Origin: Patescibacteria group bacterium | GTDB lineage: Bacteria > Patescibacteriota > JACMRA01 | Length of the DNA stretch: 30,062 nucleotides | Assembly: GCA_029935375.1 (NCBI GenBank) | Contig: JAOZKL010000001.1 | Span: 3,290 to 33,351 of the forward strand | Direction: 5' to 3' | Shown here: in pieces, positions 1 through 8,134 of the stretch | Layout: each line of letters begins with the position of its first letter | Numbering within the stretch: position 1 is the first letter of the stretch | Made by a program: the position numbers and the translations under genes | Notes under the pieces: model-generated | Told to the model about the DNA's origin: nothing | Database searches by the model: none | What the model saw: only the letters and a program-made list of their open reading frames with translations

Positions 1-723
1 TGAGAGTAAGATATTTAGAGTAGGGTGTGTGCTTAGATGATTATAGTCATCTAAAATTTGCAATATTGCTGTTCTGGAATTTTGATTTGGCTTTGCAGAA
101 TACTCTAACACTTTTGTTTGTTGAGAAATAAATTCCTTTTTAAGTTTTATAGCTATATTTTTCATGACTTTTTGTTCAGGTACTATAATTAAAATATATT
201 CTGATTTTTTGTTTTGATTATTAATCTCCTGAGACTTTGAAATAGAACTTCGTATAATATACTTTATACGAAACCAAATGTCTTTTTCAAGAAAGAAGTT
301 TACACTTTTAGTATTTTGCTTGATTTTGTTTTTGACCTCATCTTCAACCACTTCGCTTTGCTTGTTTGTAATATTATTTTTCCCACTGTTTTTTTTAGAA
401 ATTTGTTTCCAGTATTTTTCTGCAATTATTTCAAAAGCTTGCAACGATGCTTTGTATGTGCTATTTATAGAATTAAAAGTGTTATATCCAAAAAAATCCA
501 AAAATTTTAAGTGATTAAGTGGCTCTGTAATTGGATATATTCTAGATACCTCCTTTGTCTTATAGCTTGGCTTTTCTTTTTGTATACTTCGTATAACACC
601 TAAAACAGGTCTATTTCTCAATGGGACTTCAACCATAGTCCCTACTCTAATATTTTCATTAGATGAATATACAAGATATGGCACTGGTAAGGTTTTTGTT
701 AAAATTACGTTATAGAAGTACAT
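1..723 (-). CDS. priA: PriA N-terminal half (3'-DNA-binding domain plus degenerate helicase lobe 1); partial, runs off the left edge
   Basis: Not in the ORF track. Hand translation from ATG 723 gives 241 open codons. YLVYSS..IRVGTMVEVPLRNRPVLGVI matches the PriA 3'BD, and ILIIVPEQ matches motif Ia (LVPE). No Walker A precedes Ia. The ATG overlaps the upstream stop (TAATG). Confidence 0.8.
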   Translation of the reverse strand, partial: MYFYNVILTKTLPVPYLVYSSNENIRVGTMVEVPLRNRPVLGVIRSIQKEKPSYKTKEVSRIYPITEPLNHLKFLDFFGYNTFNSINSTYKASLQAFEIIAEKYWKQISKKNSGKNNITNKQSEVVEDEVKNKIKQNTKSVNFFLEKDIWFRIKYIIRSSISKSQEINNQNKKSEYILIIVPEQKVMKNIAIKLKKEFISQQTKVLEYSAKPNQNSRTAILQILDDYNHLSTHPTLNILLS

Positions 724-1247
724 TATCTAGACTTTATCTTTTTTGGAGCTATTATATAGCTTTCTATTAGATAGTATAAATAGAAGGTTACAGCATAGTT
801 AAGTGGTAGCATAATCATAAGTAATAAAAAATCATTTACTGTCAGATAATGATTGCTTTTAATATCAGATATTGTACTTGTTAGTGAAAATATGAATGGA
901 GACTCAGCAACTAGAAAAGCTGCGATTATTAACCAGTAACTCAGAACCTTTAATTTTGGAAGTATAAAATATATTAAAAAAAGAGTGCCAAGAAAACCAC
1001 TCAATATCAACATATTAGCCTCTATTATATAATTTACTACCGTTAGTATAGGTCTTCTAGTTACATCTTGATACAACACTTCACTACCATCCACTAGGTA
1101 ACTACTTAGAATGAAGGAGTTGTTTGGATCATGGCCAACAAATCTATATATTATAACAGATAACCAACTAGCTACTATTATGAAATATAATAGGAAAAAA
1201 TAGGCTCCATATTTTCTGTTCTTCTTTTTATACTCGTCTTGGTGCAT
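723..1247 (-). CDS. Hypothetical membrane protein, about 4 TM segments
   Basis: 174-aa ORF with four hydrophobic stretches; its stop overlaps the priA-N start. No family recognised. Confidence 0.75.
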   Translation of the reverse strand: MHQDEYKKKNRKYGAYFFLLYFIIVASWLSVIIYRFVGHDPNNSFILSSYLVDGSEVLYQDVTRRPILTVVNYIIEANMLILSGFLGTLFLIYFILPKLKVLSYWLIIAAFLVAESPFIFSLTSTISDIKSNHYLTVNDFLLLMIMLPLNYAVTFYLYYLIESYIIAPKKIKSR

Positions 1248-1306
1248 GAAAATTATTTATTACTTTACAAAAACACTAAAGTATATATTTATGAAATGGT
1301 CAAGTT

Positions 1307-2269
1307 ATGAAAGTTTTATTTGTCTATCCCCGTAAAGGTTTGTTTCAACTCACACAATGTAGTGAATGTCGTTATATATCTAAATGTCATTATTGTGATA
1401 CGAATTTGACGACATATCGTAAAAATACTAATAGTTTAGAGTTGATTTGTCATCAATGCCAATCGTATTACAGTTATCCTATTAAATGTCCTGAATGTGG
1501 AGCTTTGGACTCTGTATCATCAGCTTTTGGAGGTATAGAGGAGTTGGTAGAGTCTCTACAGAAGCATTTACAAGTTAAAGTTAAGCGCCTTGATCGCAAC
1601 AAATCCAAAAAAGATTCCAATTTGGAAAAAGCCTTATTAAATTCTGCAATATATAATGCATATAGTGGTGAAATATCCGTAACTACTAGAATATTCGATC
1701 CTTCTATACCCTACTCCGTCTTTGATAAAATAATCTTTGTACAAGCAGAAAACTTATTAGCGTCTCCAGACTATCTTGTACAAGAAGATATTATTGGTGG
1801 AGTGTTTCACCTTATAAACTCCATAGATAAAGATAAAACTGAGATGATTTTTGATAGTTCTGTAAAGATTGATATATTGGAAGAATTAGCTAGAAATCCA
1901 GACGCAGGTATTGAAAATTGGTATTATAATTTTTTAGAGAGTGAGTTGGATAACAGAAAAATATTTGGTTTTCCGCCATATACTAATATGTTGTTGCTTA
2001 CCTCTCAACAGAATTCTAAAGAAAAAGCTTGGAATATGATAAAAGCTGCTCAAAAAGATCTAACAAAATCTATTTCTAAATTTGAAGGTATAAAAATAAT
2101 AGATCCCTACCCGGCACGTTTTTTAAAAAGAAAAAATAAATATTCGTATCATCTGTTGATAAAATTTCCTAGAAAATATAAGGAATTTGCAAAGTTTCGT
2201 GATATTATTTTGCAAACTTCTGGAGTTTATGGTCTGCAATCTAGATTAAATCCAAAACATTTATTCTGA
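1307..2269 (+). CDS. priA: PriA C-terminal half (motif IV, Zn-binding Cys-rich region, helicase lobe 2, CTD)
   Basis: VLFVYPRKG matches motif IV (NRRG). Four CxxC pairs: CSEC, CHYC, CHQC, CPEC. RKIFGFPPY and DPYPA..KRKNKYSYHLLIK match the PriA CTD. Confidence 0.9.
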   Translation: MKVLFVYPRKGLFQLTQCSECRYISKCHYCDTNLTTYRKNTNSLELICHQCQSYYSYPIKCPECGALDSVSSAFGGIEELVESLQKHLQVKVKRLDRNKSKKDSNLEKALLNSAIYNAYSGEISVTTRIFDPSIPYSVFDKIIFVQAENLLASPDYLVQEDIIGGVFHLINSIDKDKTEMIFDSSVKIDILEELARNPDAGIENWYYNFLESELDNRKIFGFPPYTNMLLLTSQQNSKEKAWNMIKAAQKDLTKSISKFEGIKIIDPYPARFLKRKNKYSYHLLIKFPRKYKEFAKFRDIILQTSGVYGLQSRLNPKHLF

Positions 2270-3769
2270 GAGTTTGAATATTTCTTTTCTAAGATCTTTA
2301 TAACACTTCATAGAAGGTTTTATTAAAGTAGCTACTTTTTCTCTTAGAGAGAGCTCAGAGTCTTTCATATATTGATCTGTCATTCCATAGGTTGCTATGT
2401 TAAATGCTTTTTCAAGCCTTCTTTTATATGAGTTACCAGTAACCTCGTTTTCAGTTTCTTTTTGTATTGTACTGTTTAACTTATCTAGTATGCTATGATT
2501 TTTGGAGCTCAATGTGTGTCCTATTTTTTTCATCATTGCAGCTGCAGTTTCACTGTTAAATATATAACATTCTATTGCTCTGCGTCTAAGAACTCTTGAC
2601 CCGTCATTTATTTCTTCATATTTTTCTATAGAGTTTTCTGTAGGGAATTCATGATCCCTATCTCTGACCATTAACATATCAAAATCTGCAGACAGGCCGG
2701 GTTTTATTTCTTGCAATATTTGGAAGGTTCTGCCTACTTGGCTACTGCCTCTTGATGATACAAAAAGTACAGCAGGTTCGTGATTTCTAAAAATAATATT
2801 ATAGACTTTCGAATCTTCTCTTATCCCCTCCCCTTCACATATTATAAGAACTGGAGACATTTTACTCTTAACTCTCTTTTGTTTTGAGACGAGATCCATA
2901 AGACCTGCTCCAAGCATTGTACTGGCTATTTGTGTTACTTTTACACCCCAGTATCCATTTCTGCCTTTATTGCTTATATTTCCTCTTTTTGCGGCGACCC
3001 TACCTTCTTTGAGAAAATATACTTTTTGCGTTGGTTCATACTCTTTGCCTATTGCTTTGTTTATTGTATTTTTACTATCTGTTAGTTCTCCACAGCTACT
3101 AATTATAAAAGGACTGTGTGTTGCTACAAAAATCTGTATATTAAGGTTTATAGACAAATAATCTAGTATCATTGGTATTTTCTTTTGCCATGTAGGGTGT
3201 AGGTGATTTTCTGGCTCATCTAATAATATAATTTTACTTTTTTTGTGCTTATAAGACCATAGAATAGAATAAACTATGTTTATTATTTTATTTTCACCTC
3301 CGGTAAGTTGCTCATCTTCAAGATCTTCAGGTTTTATTAATTTTGTATCGTTTTCTAGGTCTAATATCGCTAGTTCATTTAATATTTGGAATACTCCTGT
3401 TAATATGTCCATGTCTAATATTTGCCAATCTCTTTTTTCTCCTTCTAAACTAGAGGAGTACCCAAGTAGGTTAAGCGTTATTATATTGTCATTTTCTACT
3501 AAATCTAAATATATCTTTTTCCATTTTTCAGTTATGTTTTCAGTTTGGCAAGTACTGTTAAAATCTACAAGATTAACTACTTCAACAGATGTTAGAGAGT
3601 CTTTGAGAAGCATCGTTTCTTCTTTAAAATTATCATATAGATAGTCTATTACACTGCTTTTGCCACTGCCGTTCACTCCAACCATATAATTGACCAAAGC
3701 AAGTCTGTCCAACAAAACCCCTGGTTTGCTTATTCTTTTATAGTTTTCTATTTTGATCTTGTTTAACAT
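2261..3769 (-). CDS. OLD-family ATP-dependent nuclease (ABC-type ATPase plus TOPRIM domain)
   Basis: Walker A GVNGSGKS, signature LTGGE, Walker B/D-loop ILLDEPENHLHP and H-loop VATHSPF, then TOPRIM glutamate IICEGE and DxD motif VRDRD. Confidence 0.8.
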   Translation of the reverse strand: MLNKIKIENYKRISKPGVLLDRLALVNYMVGVNGSGKSSVIDYLYDNFKEETMLLKDSLTSVEVVNLVDFNSTCQTENITEKWKKIYLDLVENDNIITLNLLGYSSSLEGEKRDWQILDMDILTGVFQILNELAILDLENDTKLIKPEDLEDEQLTGGENKIINIVYSILWSYKHKKSKIILLDEPENHLHPTWQKKIPMILDYLSINLNIQIFVATHSPFIISSCGELTDSKNTINKAIGKEYEPTQKVYFLKEGRVAAKRGNISNKGRNGYWGVKVTQIASTMLGAGLMDLVSKQKRVKSKMSPVLIICEGEGIREDSKVYNIIFRNHEPAVLFVSSRGSSQVGRTFQILQEIKPGLSADFDMLMVRDRDHEFPTENSIEKYEEINDGSRVLRRRAIECYIFNSETAAAMMKKIGHTLSSKNHSILDKLNSTIQKETENEVTGNSYKRRLEKAFNIATYGMTDQYMKDSELSLREKVATLIKPSMKCYKDLRKEIFKLSE

Positions 3770-3780
3770 TTGTACTTGTA

Positions 3781-3809
3781 ATTATACTCTAAGTTATTGT
3801 TTTTATCAA
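3781..3809 (-). promoter_or_regulatory. sigma70-type promoter of the OLD nuclease gene
   Basis: TTGATA-17 nt-TATAAT on the minus strand; 11 nt between the -10 box and ATG 3769. Confidence 0.65.
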
Positions 3810-3849
3810 GTTTTTTGACAAATGGTTTTTTATATGATTTTATTCTCTT

Positions 3850-4881
3850 ATGATTTCTGTTGGATGTTCGTTTGACCCAAGTAGGTTTGACAAAAAAGCA
3901 GATGCTATGCTCCCTGCTCTGCGGTTTATTGTTGAGGATCTAAAAATTACTGATATCAGGTTAGGGCTGAGATGGAATCGTATTGAAATGGTAAAGAATA
4001 AAATTGATTTTATTTCATATAGATCGTGTTTAGATTACTTGATAGAAAAAAATGCTTTATCAGTTCTCAATATTGGTCCAGTAAAAACACTTGGCTATCC
4101 TGAATCGCATTTGCCGGATTTTATAGATACATCCAACTTTAAAAAGAAGCCAGGTAATTTTTTTGGTGGAAAGTTATATAGAAATAAGATTAAACTGGAC
4201 TCAGAATTGAGTAGTGAAGCCACTAGATACACTGAATTATTGTTATTAAGTTTGAAATCACATTATTCTAACTGGTCACCAAGGATAATTCAGATAGAAA
4301 ATGAAGTTTTTACGTTATTTGGTAAGCATCATCTTATTGGAACTTTTGACTATTTATTTGAGATTCTTAAAAAAGTAAAAAACCACTATCCAAGTAGCAA
4401 GATTTTAATAAATTCATCAAATAGATTCAACCTTAACAAAATATTCAAATTCATCAAATTTATAGATAACACAAAGCTATATAGATTCTCTGATTTTACC
4501 ATAGGATATGATTTTTATTATGATACTACAGATATTCAATCGCTTAAGTGGCTATATGTATTTGGCAATACTATGGATATTTCATTTCCTTGGGATATGA
4601 CTTTATCTAAGCTTAAACAGCTTTCTACAAAATATGGATTTAAAGTAGAGATTACCGAGATGCAGTTTGAACCATGGAAGGGGGTTGGACTGCCTGGTAA
4701 TGATTATAATGATTTTAACAAAGCGCTGATTGAGGGCCAAAGAATCTTTCCCCCTACTCAAGGTAGTAGAGTTGTCCGACTGTGGGGAGTAGAACGTCTA
4801 GCAACAAAATATTTAGAAAATACTCTAACTACTGAGCATCAAAAAATTATAGATAGGATTATAGGTCAGAATACTAATTAA
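3850..4881 (+). CDS. Clan GH-A-like TIM-barrel glycoside hydrolase
   Basis: IRLGLRWNRIE, acid/base-like IQIENE, nucleophile-like ITEMQFEPW and RLWGVE. No signal peptide visible. Confidence 0.6.
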   Translation: MISVGCSFDPSRFDKKADAMLPALRFIVEDLKITDIRLGLRWNRIEMVKNKIDFISYRSCLDYLIEKNALSVLNIGPVKTLGYPESHLPDFIDTSNFKKKPGNFFGGKLYRNKIKLDSELSSEATRYTELLLLSLKSHYSNWSPRIIQIENEVFTLFGKHHLIGTFDYLFEILKKVKNHYPSSKILINSSNRFNLNKIFKFIKFIDNTKLYRFSDFTIGYDFYYDTTDIQSLKWLYVFGNTMDISFPWDMTLSKLKQLSTKYGFKVEITEMQFEPWKGVGLPGNDYNDFNKALIEGQRIFPPTQGSRVVRLWGVERLATKYLENTLTTEHQKIIDRIIGQNTN

Positions 4882-6134
4882 TTTTTATACCACCAGTTTA
4901 GGCTTTCTGCCATTTCCTTCACTTCCTTTTCAACAACACTCTTTAGTTTTCTATCAAAAGTTATATCTGCTATCAGTTCTCCAAGTTTTTCGAATTGCAC
5001 TTCCGTCATACCCCTACTCGTTAACGCAGCAGACCCTAGTCTCATTCCTGATGGTTTCCATGGAGATTTTTTGTCGAAAGGTATTACATTTCTATTTGTA
5101 ATTATGCCTACTTCTTCTAACTTTTTTTGAACTTCTAGACTATTTAATTCATCAGGGAATTTGATTAAACAGAGATGTGTTTGTGTTGGACTAATAATTT
5201 CTAAACCATTTTTTAAAAGTGAATTTTCTAATATTTTACAATTTTTTATTACATTTTCTGAGTATTTTTGAAAAGATATTTTATCCGGATATTCATCTTC
5301 TCCTAGCATTTCTAGAAGCGCTTGTCCAACTGCAGCAATTTTGTTAAAATGAGGCCCTCCACTAGTGCCTGGAAAAATAGTTTTGTTTATTGGCTTTGCA
5401 AATTCTTTTTTAAAAAATAATAGACCCGCTCTTGGACCACGAAATGTCTTGTGAGTTGTCATGCTTACAAAATCAGCTCCACTTTTGTCAGATTTAAATG
5501 GGCTGTCGTGTAAACCAGTTGCTATTAATCCATTTATATGAGCTACATCTGCAAGGACTAAGCTACCAGCGTTGTGTGCAAGTTCACACATTTTTTTAAA
5601 TTTATATGACCGTGGATATGATGAACATCCAATTATAGTTAGCTTTGGCTTGTGTTTTTTCAGTTTATTTTCAAAATCTTCCATGTCTATTTCATAAAGA
5701 TTTGTTTCAACTTCTTTTACATCGTAGTTAACATGTTTGAAAAACTTATTCCAATTACTAGTGGCATGTAAGTGAGAGATATGCCCTCCATTGTTTAGAT
5801 TCAGACTCATGATTGTATCATTGTATTCTAACATCGCCAAATATACCATCATATTGGCAGGAGATCCTGATAATATCTGAACATTTACATCATATTGACC
5901 AGTTTTATCAAACACCTCTAGAGCCAATTCTTGTACATACTTTTCCATATCATCAGTATGAACATTTCCTGCATAATATCTCTTTTCTGGGTACCCTTCT
6001 CCATATTTGTTTGACCACACAGATCCAAGCAGTTCTAGTACTTTTGGTGATGGGTAATTTTCCGACGCTATTAGATTGAGAGTTTCTTTCTGTCTAATCA
6101 TTTCGTTCTTTGTAAGTTCGCTTATTTTATTCAT
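4878..6134 (-). CDS. glyA: Serine hydroxymethyltransferase (start probably 6134; alternative 6179)
   Basis: LIASENYPS, NKYGEGYPEKRYYAG, GGHISH, PLP-lysine motif TTHKTFRGPR, FPGTSGGP, SGMRLGS. Confidence 0.97.
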   Translation of the reverse strand: MNKISELTKNEMIRQKETLNLIASENYPSPKVLELLGSVWSNKYGEGYPEKRYYAGNVHTDDMEKYVQELALEVFDKTGQYDVNVQILSGSPANMMVYLAMLEYNDTIMSLNLNNGGHISHLHATSNWNKFFKHVNYDVKEVETNLYEIDMEDFENKLKKHKPKLTIIGCSSYPRSYKFKKMCELAHNAGSLVLADVAHINGLIATGLHDSPFKSDKSGADFVSMTTHKTFRGPRAGLLFFKKEFAKPINKTIFPGTSGGPHFNKIAAVGQALLEMLGEDEYPDKISFQKYSENVIKNCKILENSLLKNGLEIISPTQTHLCLIKFPDELNSLEVQKKLEEVGIITNRNVIPFDKKSPWKPSGMRLGSAALTSRGMTEVQFEKLGELIADITFDRKLKSVVEKEVKEMAESLNWWYKN

Positions 6135-6278
6135 AATTCTTTTTCTTAGTTTGCTATTTTGGACAGAGTTGCTAATCATTCATTCTATATCAGTTGATCG
6201 ATCTTTTATTTTTAATACTTTTTTAGATTATGTCATATCAATTAATATCGGCTTTTGGCAATCTTTTTTGGATAAAAT

Positions 6279-6662
6279 CTATGATAAGAAAAGCTTATCA
6301 AGAGGTAGAGTTAGTAAAACCCCATATAGTACAATTGTAACCCATCCTAAGGCGGCAAAAAGAACAGCCCCTGCAGAAACATCTTTTATAAATTTTACTT
6401 TTTCATTGTATTTTGGCTCCACGAGATCAGATAAATATTCAAAAGAGGTGTTTACCAATTCCAAACTGATAACTAATGTTGTCATTACTATACTTGCAAT
6501 AATAAAGTTAGGTTCTCTATAGTACCAAAAATATGTAACTGTCACCAGCCCTATCAGGGATTGTATTGTAAGATTTCTTTCTTTGTTAAAGGCGCTTCTC
6601 ATTCCTGCGAATGCATACTTAAAACTTTTGATGATATTATATTTGTGATGCTTATTAGACAT
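6279..6662 (-). CDS. dgkA: Diacylglycerol/undecaprenol kinase family protein
   Basis: SFKYAFAG, ERNL, ELVNTSFE and IKDVSAGAV motifs with three TM segments. Confidence 0.9.
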   Translation of the reverse strand: MSNKHHKYNIIKSFKYAFAGMRSAFNKERNLTIQSLIGLVTVTYFWYYREPNFIIASIVMTTLVISLELVNTSFEYLSDLVEPKYNEKVKFIKDVSAGAVLFAALGWVTIVLYGVLLTLPLDKLFLS

Positions 6663-6732
6663 AGCTTTATTTTTAAGTTATAAAATATTTTCTTTTTCTG
6701 CAAGGTGGTTAAATTATAGGAATTTTAATCGC

Positions 6733-6764
6733 TTGACAAAAATCACAAAGTGTTTTTATATGGT
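6733..6764 (+). promoter_or_regulatory. Probable tuf promoter
   Basis: Perfect TTGACA at 6733-6738; the -10 box is ambiguous (TATATG or TATGGT at 18-20 nt). Confidence 0.4.
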
Positions 6765-6827
6765 AGGTAAGCTTTTTGTAGGAAATAGCTGCAAATTTGT
6801 AAGCTTTTTTATTATTTATTATTTATT

Positions 6828-8018
6828 ATGGCTACTGAAACTTTTAATAGAGACAAAGTGCACGTTAATGTAGGTACTGTAGGTCACGTTGATCACGGTA
6901 AAACTACCCTAACTGCTGCTATTACTACTTATGCTGCTAAGGCATTGGGTGGTAAAGCAAAATCTTTCGCTGAGATTGATAACGCTCCAGAAGAAAAAGA
7001 GCGTGGTATTACTATCAACACTTCACATGTTGAATACGAAACTGAGAAGAGACATTACGCTCATGTAGATTGTCCAGGACATGCTGATTATGTAAAGAAC
7101 ATGATTACAGGCGCTGCTCAGATGGACGCTGCTATTTTGGTAGTTGCTGCAACTGATGGACCAATGCCCCAGACTCGTGAGCACATTCTACTTGCTAAAC
7201 AGGTTAACGTACCAAAGTTGGTAGTTTTCTTGAACAAGTGTGATATGGTTGATGATGAAGAAATGATCGAATTGGTTGAAGAAGAAGTTAAAGAGATGTT
7301 AACTGAGTATGGTTTTGATGGTGAAACTACACCTGTAATCCGTGGTTCAGCTTTAAAAGCTCTTGAAGGAGATGCAAAATGGGAAGAAAAAATTCAAGAA
7401 TTATTGAATACTTTAGATACTTATATAGAAGATCCTATTCGTGAGACTGAAAAAGATTTCTTGATGTCAATTGAGGACGTATTTTCTATCACTGGTCGTG
7501 GAACTGTTGTAACTGGTCGTATTGATCGTGGAACTTTGAATTTAAATGATGAGGTTTCAATCGTTGGATTAACAGATACAAAGAAAACTGTTGTAACTGG
7601 TATTGAAATGTTTAACAAACAACTTGAACATGGAGAAGCTGGTGACAATGCTGGAATCTTGTTACGTGGTGTTGATAAGGATGGTGTTCAGCGTGGTCAA
7701 GTATTGGCTAAGCCAGGAACTATTACTCCACACACAGAATTTGAAGCAAAGGTTTATATTTTGAAAAAAGAAGAAGGTGGTCGTCACACGCCAATGCTTA
7801 AAGGTTACAAACCACAGTTTTATATCCGTACAACTGATGTAACTGGTGAAGTATCATTCGTTGACTCAAGTAAAGAAATGGCTCTTCCTGGAGATACAGA
7901 TGTAGCTGTTAAAATTACACTTGAAAAACCTGTAGCTATTGAAGATGGAATGCGTTTCGCTATCCGTGAAGGTGGTCGTACAGTTGGAGCTGGAGTTGTT
8001 ACAAAGATCGTAAAATAA
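6828..8018 (+). CDS. tuf: Elongation factor Tu
   Basis: [51 protein letters not shown]. Confidence 0.99.
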   Translation: MATETFNRDKVHVNVGTVGHVDHGKTTLTAAITTYAAKALGGKAKSFAEIDNAPEEKERGITINTSHVEYETEKRHYAHVDCPGHADYVKNMITGAAQMDAAILVVAATDGPMPQTREHILLAKQVNVPKLVVFLNKCDMVDDEEMIELVEEEVKEMLTEYGFDGETTPVIRGSALKALEGDAKWEEKIQELLNTLDTYIEDPIRETEKDFLMSIEDVFSITGRGTVVTGRIDRGTLNLNDEVSIVGLTDTKKTVVTGIEMFNKQLEHGEAGDNAGILLRGVDKDGVQRGQVLAKPGTITPHTEFEAKVYILKKEEGGRHTPMLKGYKPQFYIRTTDVTGEVSFVDSSKEMALPGDTDVAVKITLEKPVAIEDGMRFAIREGGRTVGAGVVTKIVK

Positions 8019-8047
8019 CAATTTAAAAAGTAAGTTTCAGATCTTAA

Positions 8048-8079
8048 CCCCTGCTCTAAAAGCGGGGGATTTATTTTTT
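8048..8079 (+). terminator. Intrinsic terminator after tuf
   Basis: Stem CCCCTGCT / AGCGGGGG (one G-U pair) with loop CTAAA, followed by ATTTATTTTTT. Confidence 0.85.
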
Positions 8080-8134
8080 GATAAAAAATTTGACTATTAA
8101 TTTTATTCCATGAAAAATTATACCTAACAATCCT

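Noticed and set aside
278-514. Two short plus-strand ORFs (78 and 64 aa)
   Set aside because: Antisense shadows of the priA N-half, which occupies 1-723 on the minus strand.
1277-1306. TGA read-through or frameshift as the explanation for the priA and alaS fragments
   Set aside because: A TAA lies five codons upstream of the TGA before priA-C, the upstream stop for alaS-C is TAG, and the missing halves are not in adjacent frames.
6828-8018. tuf differs in codon usage (CGT, GGT, GCT) and is not next to fusA
   Set aside because: This is the expected bias of a highly expressed gene, and free-standing tuf genes are common; there is no sign of transfer.
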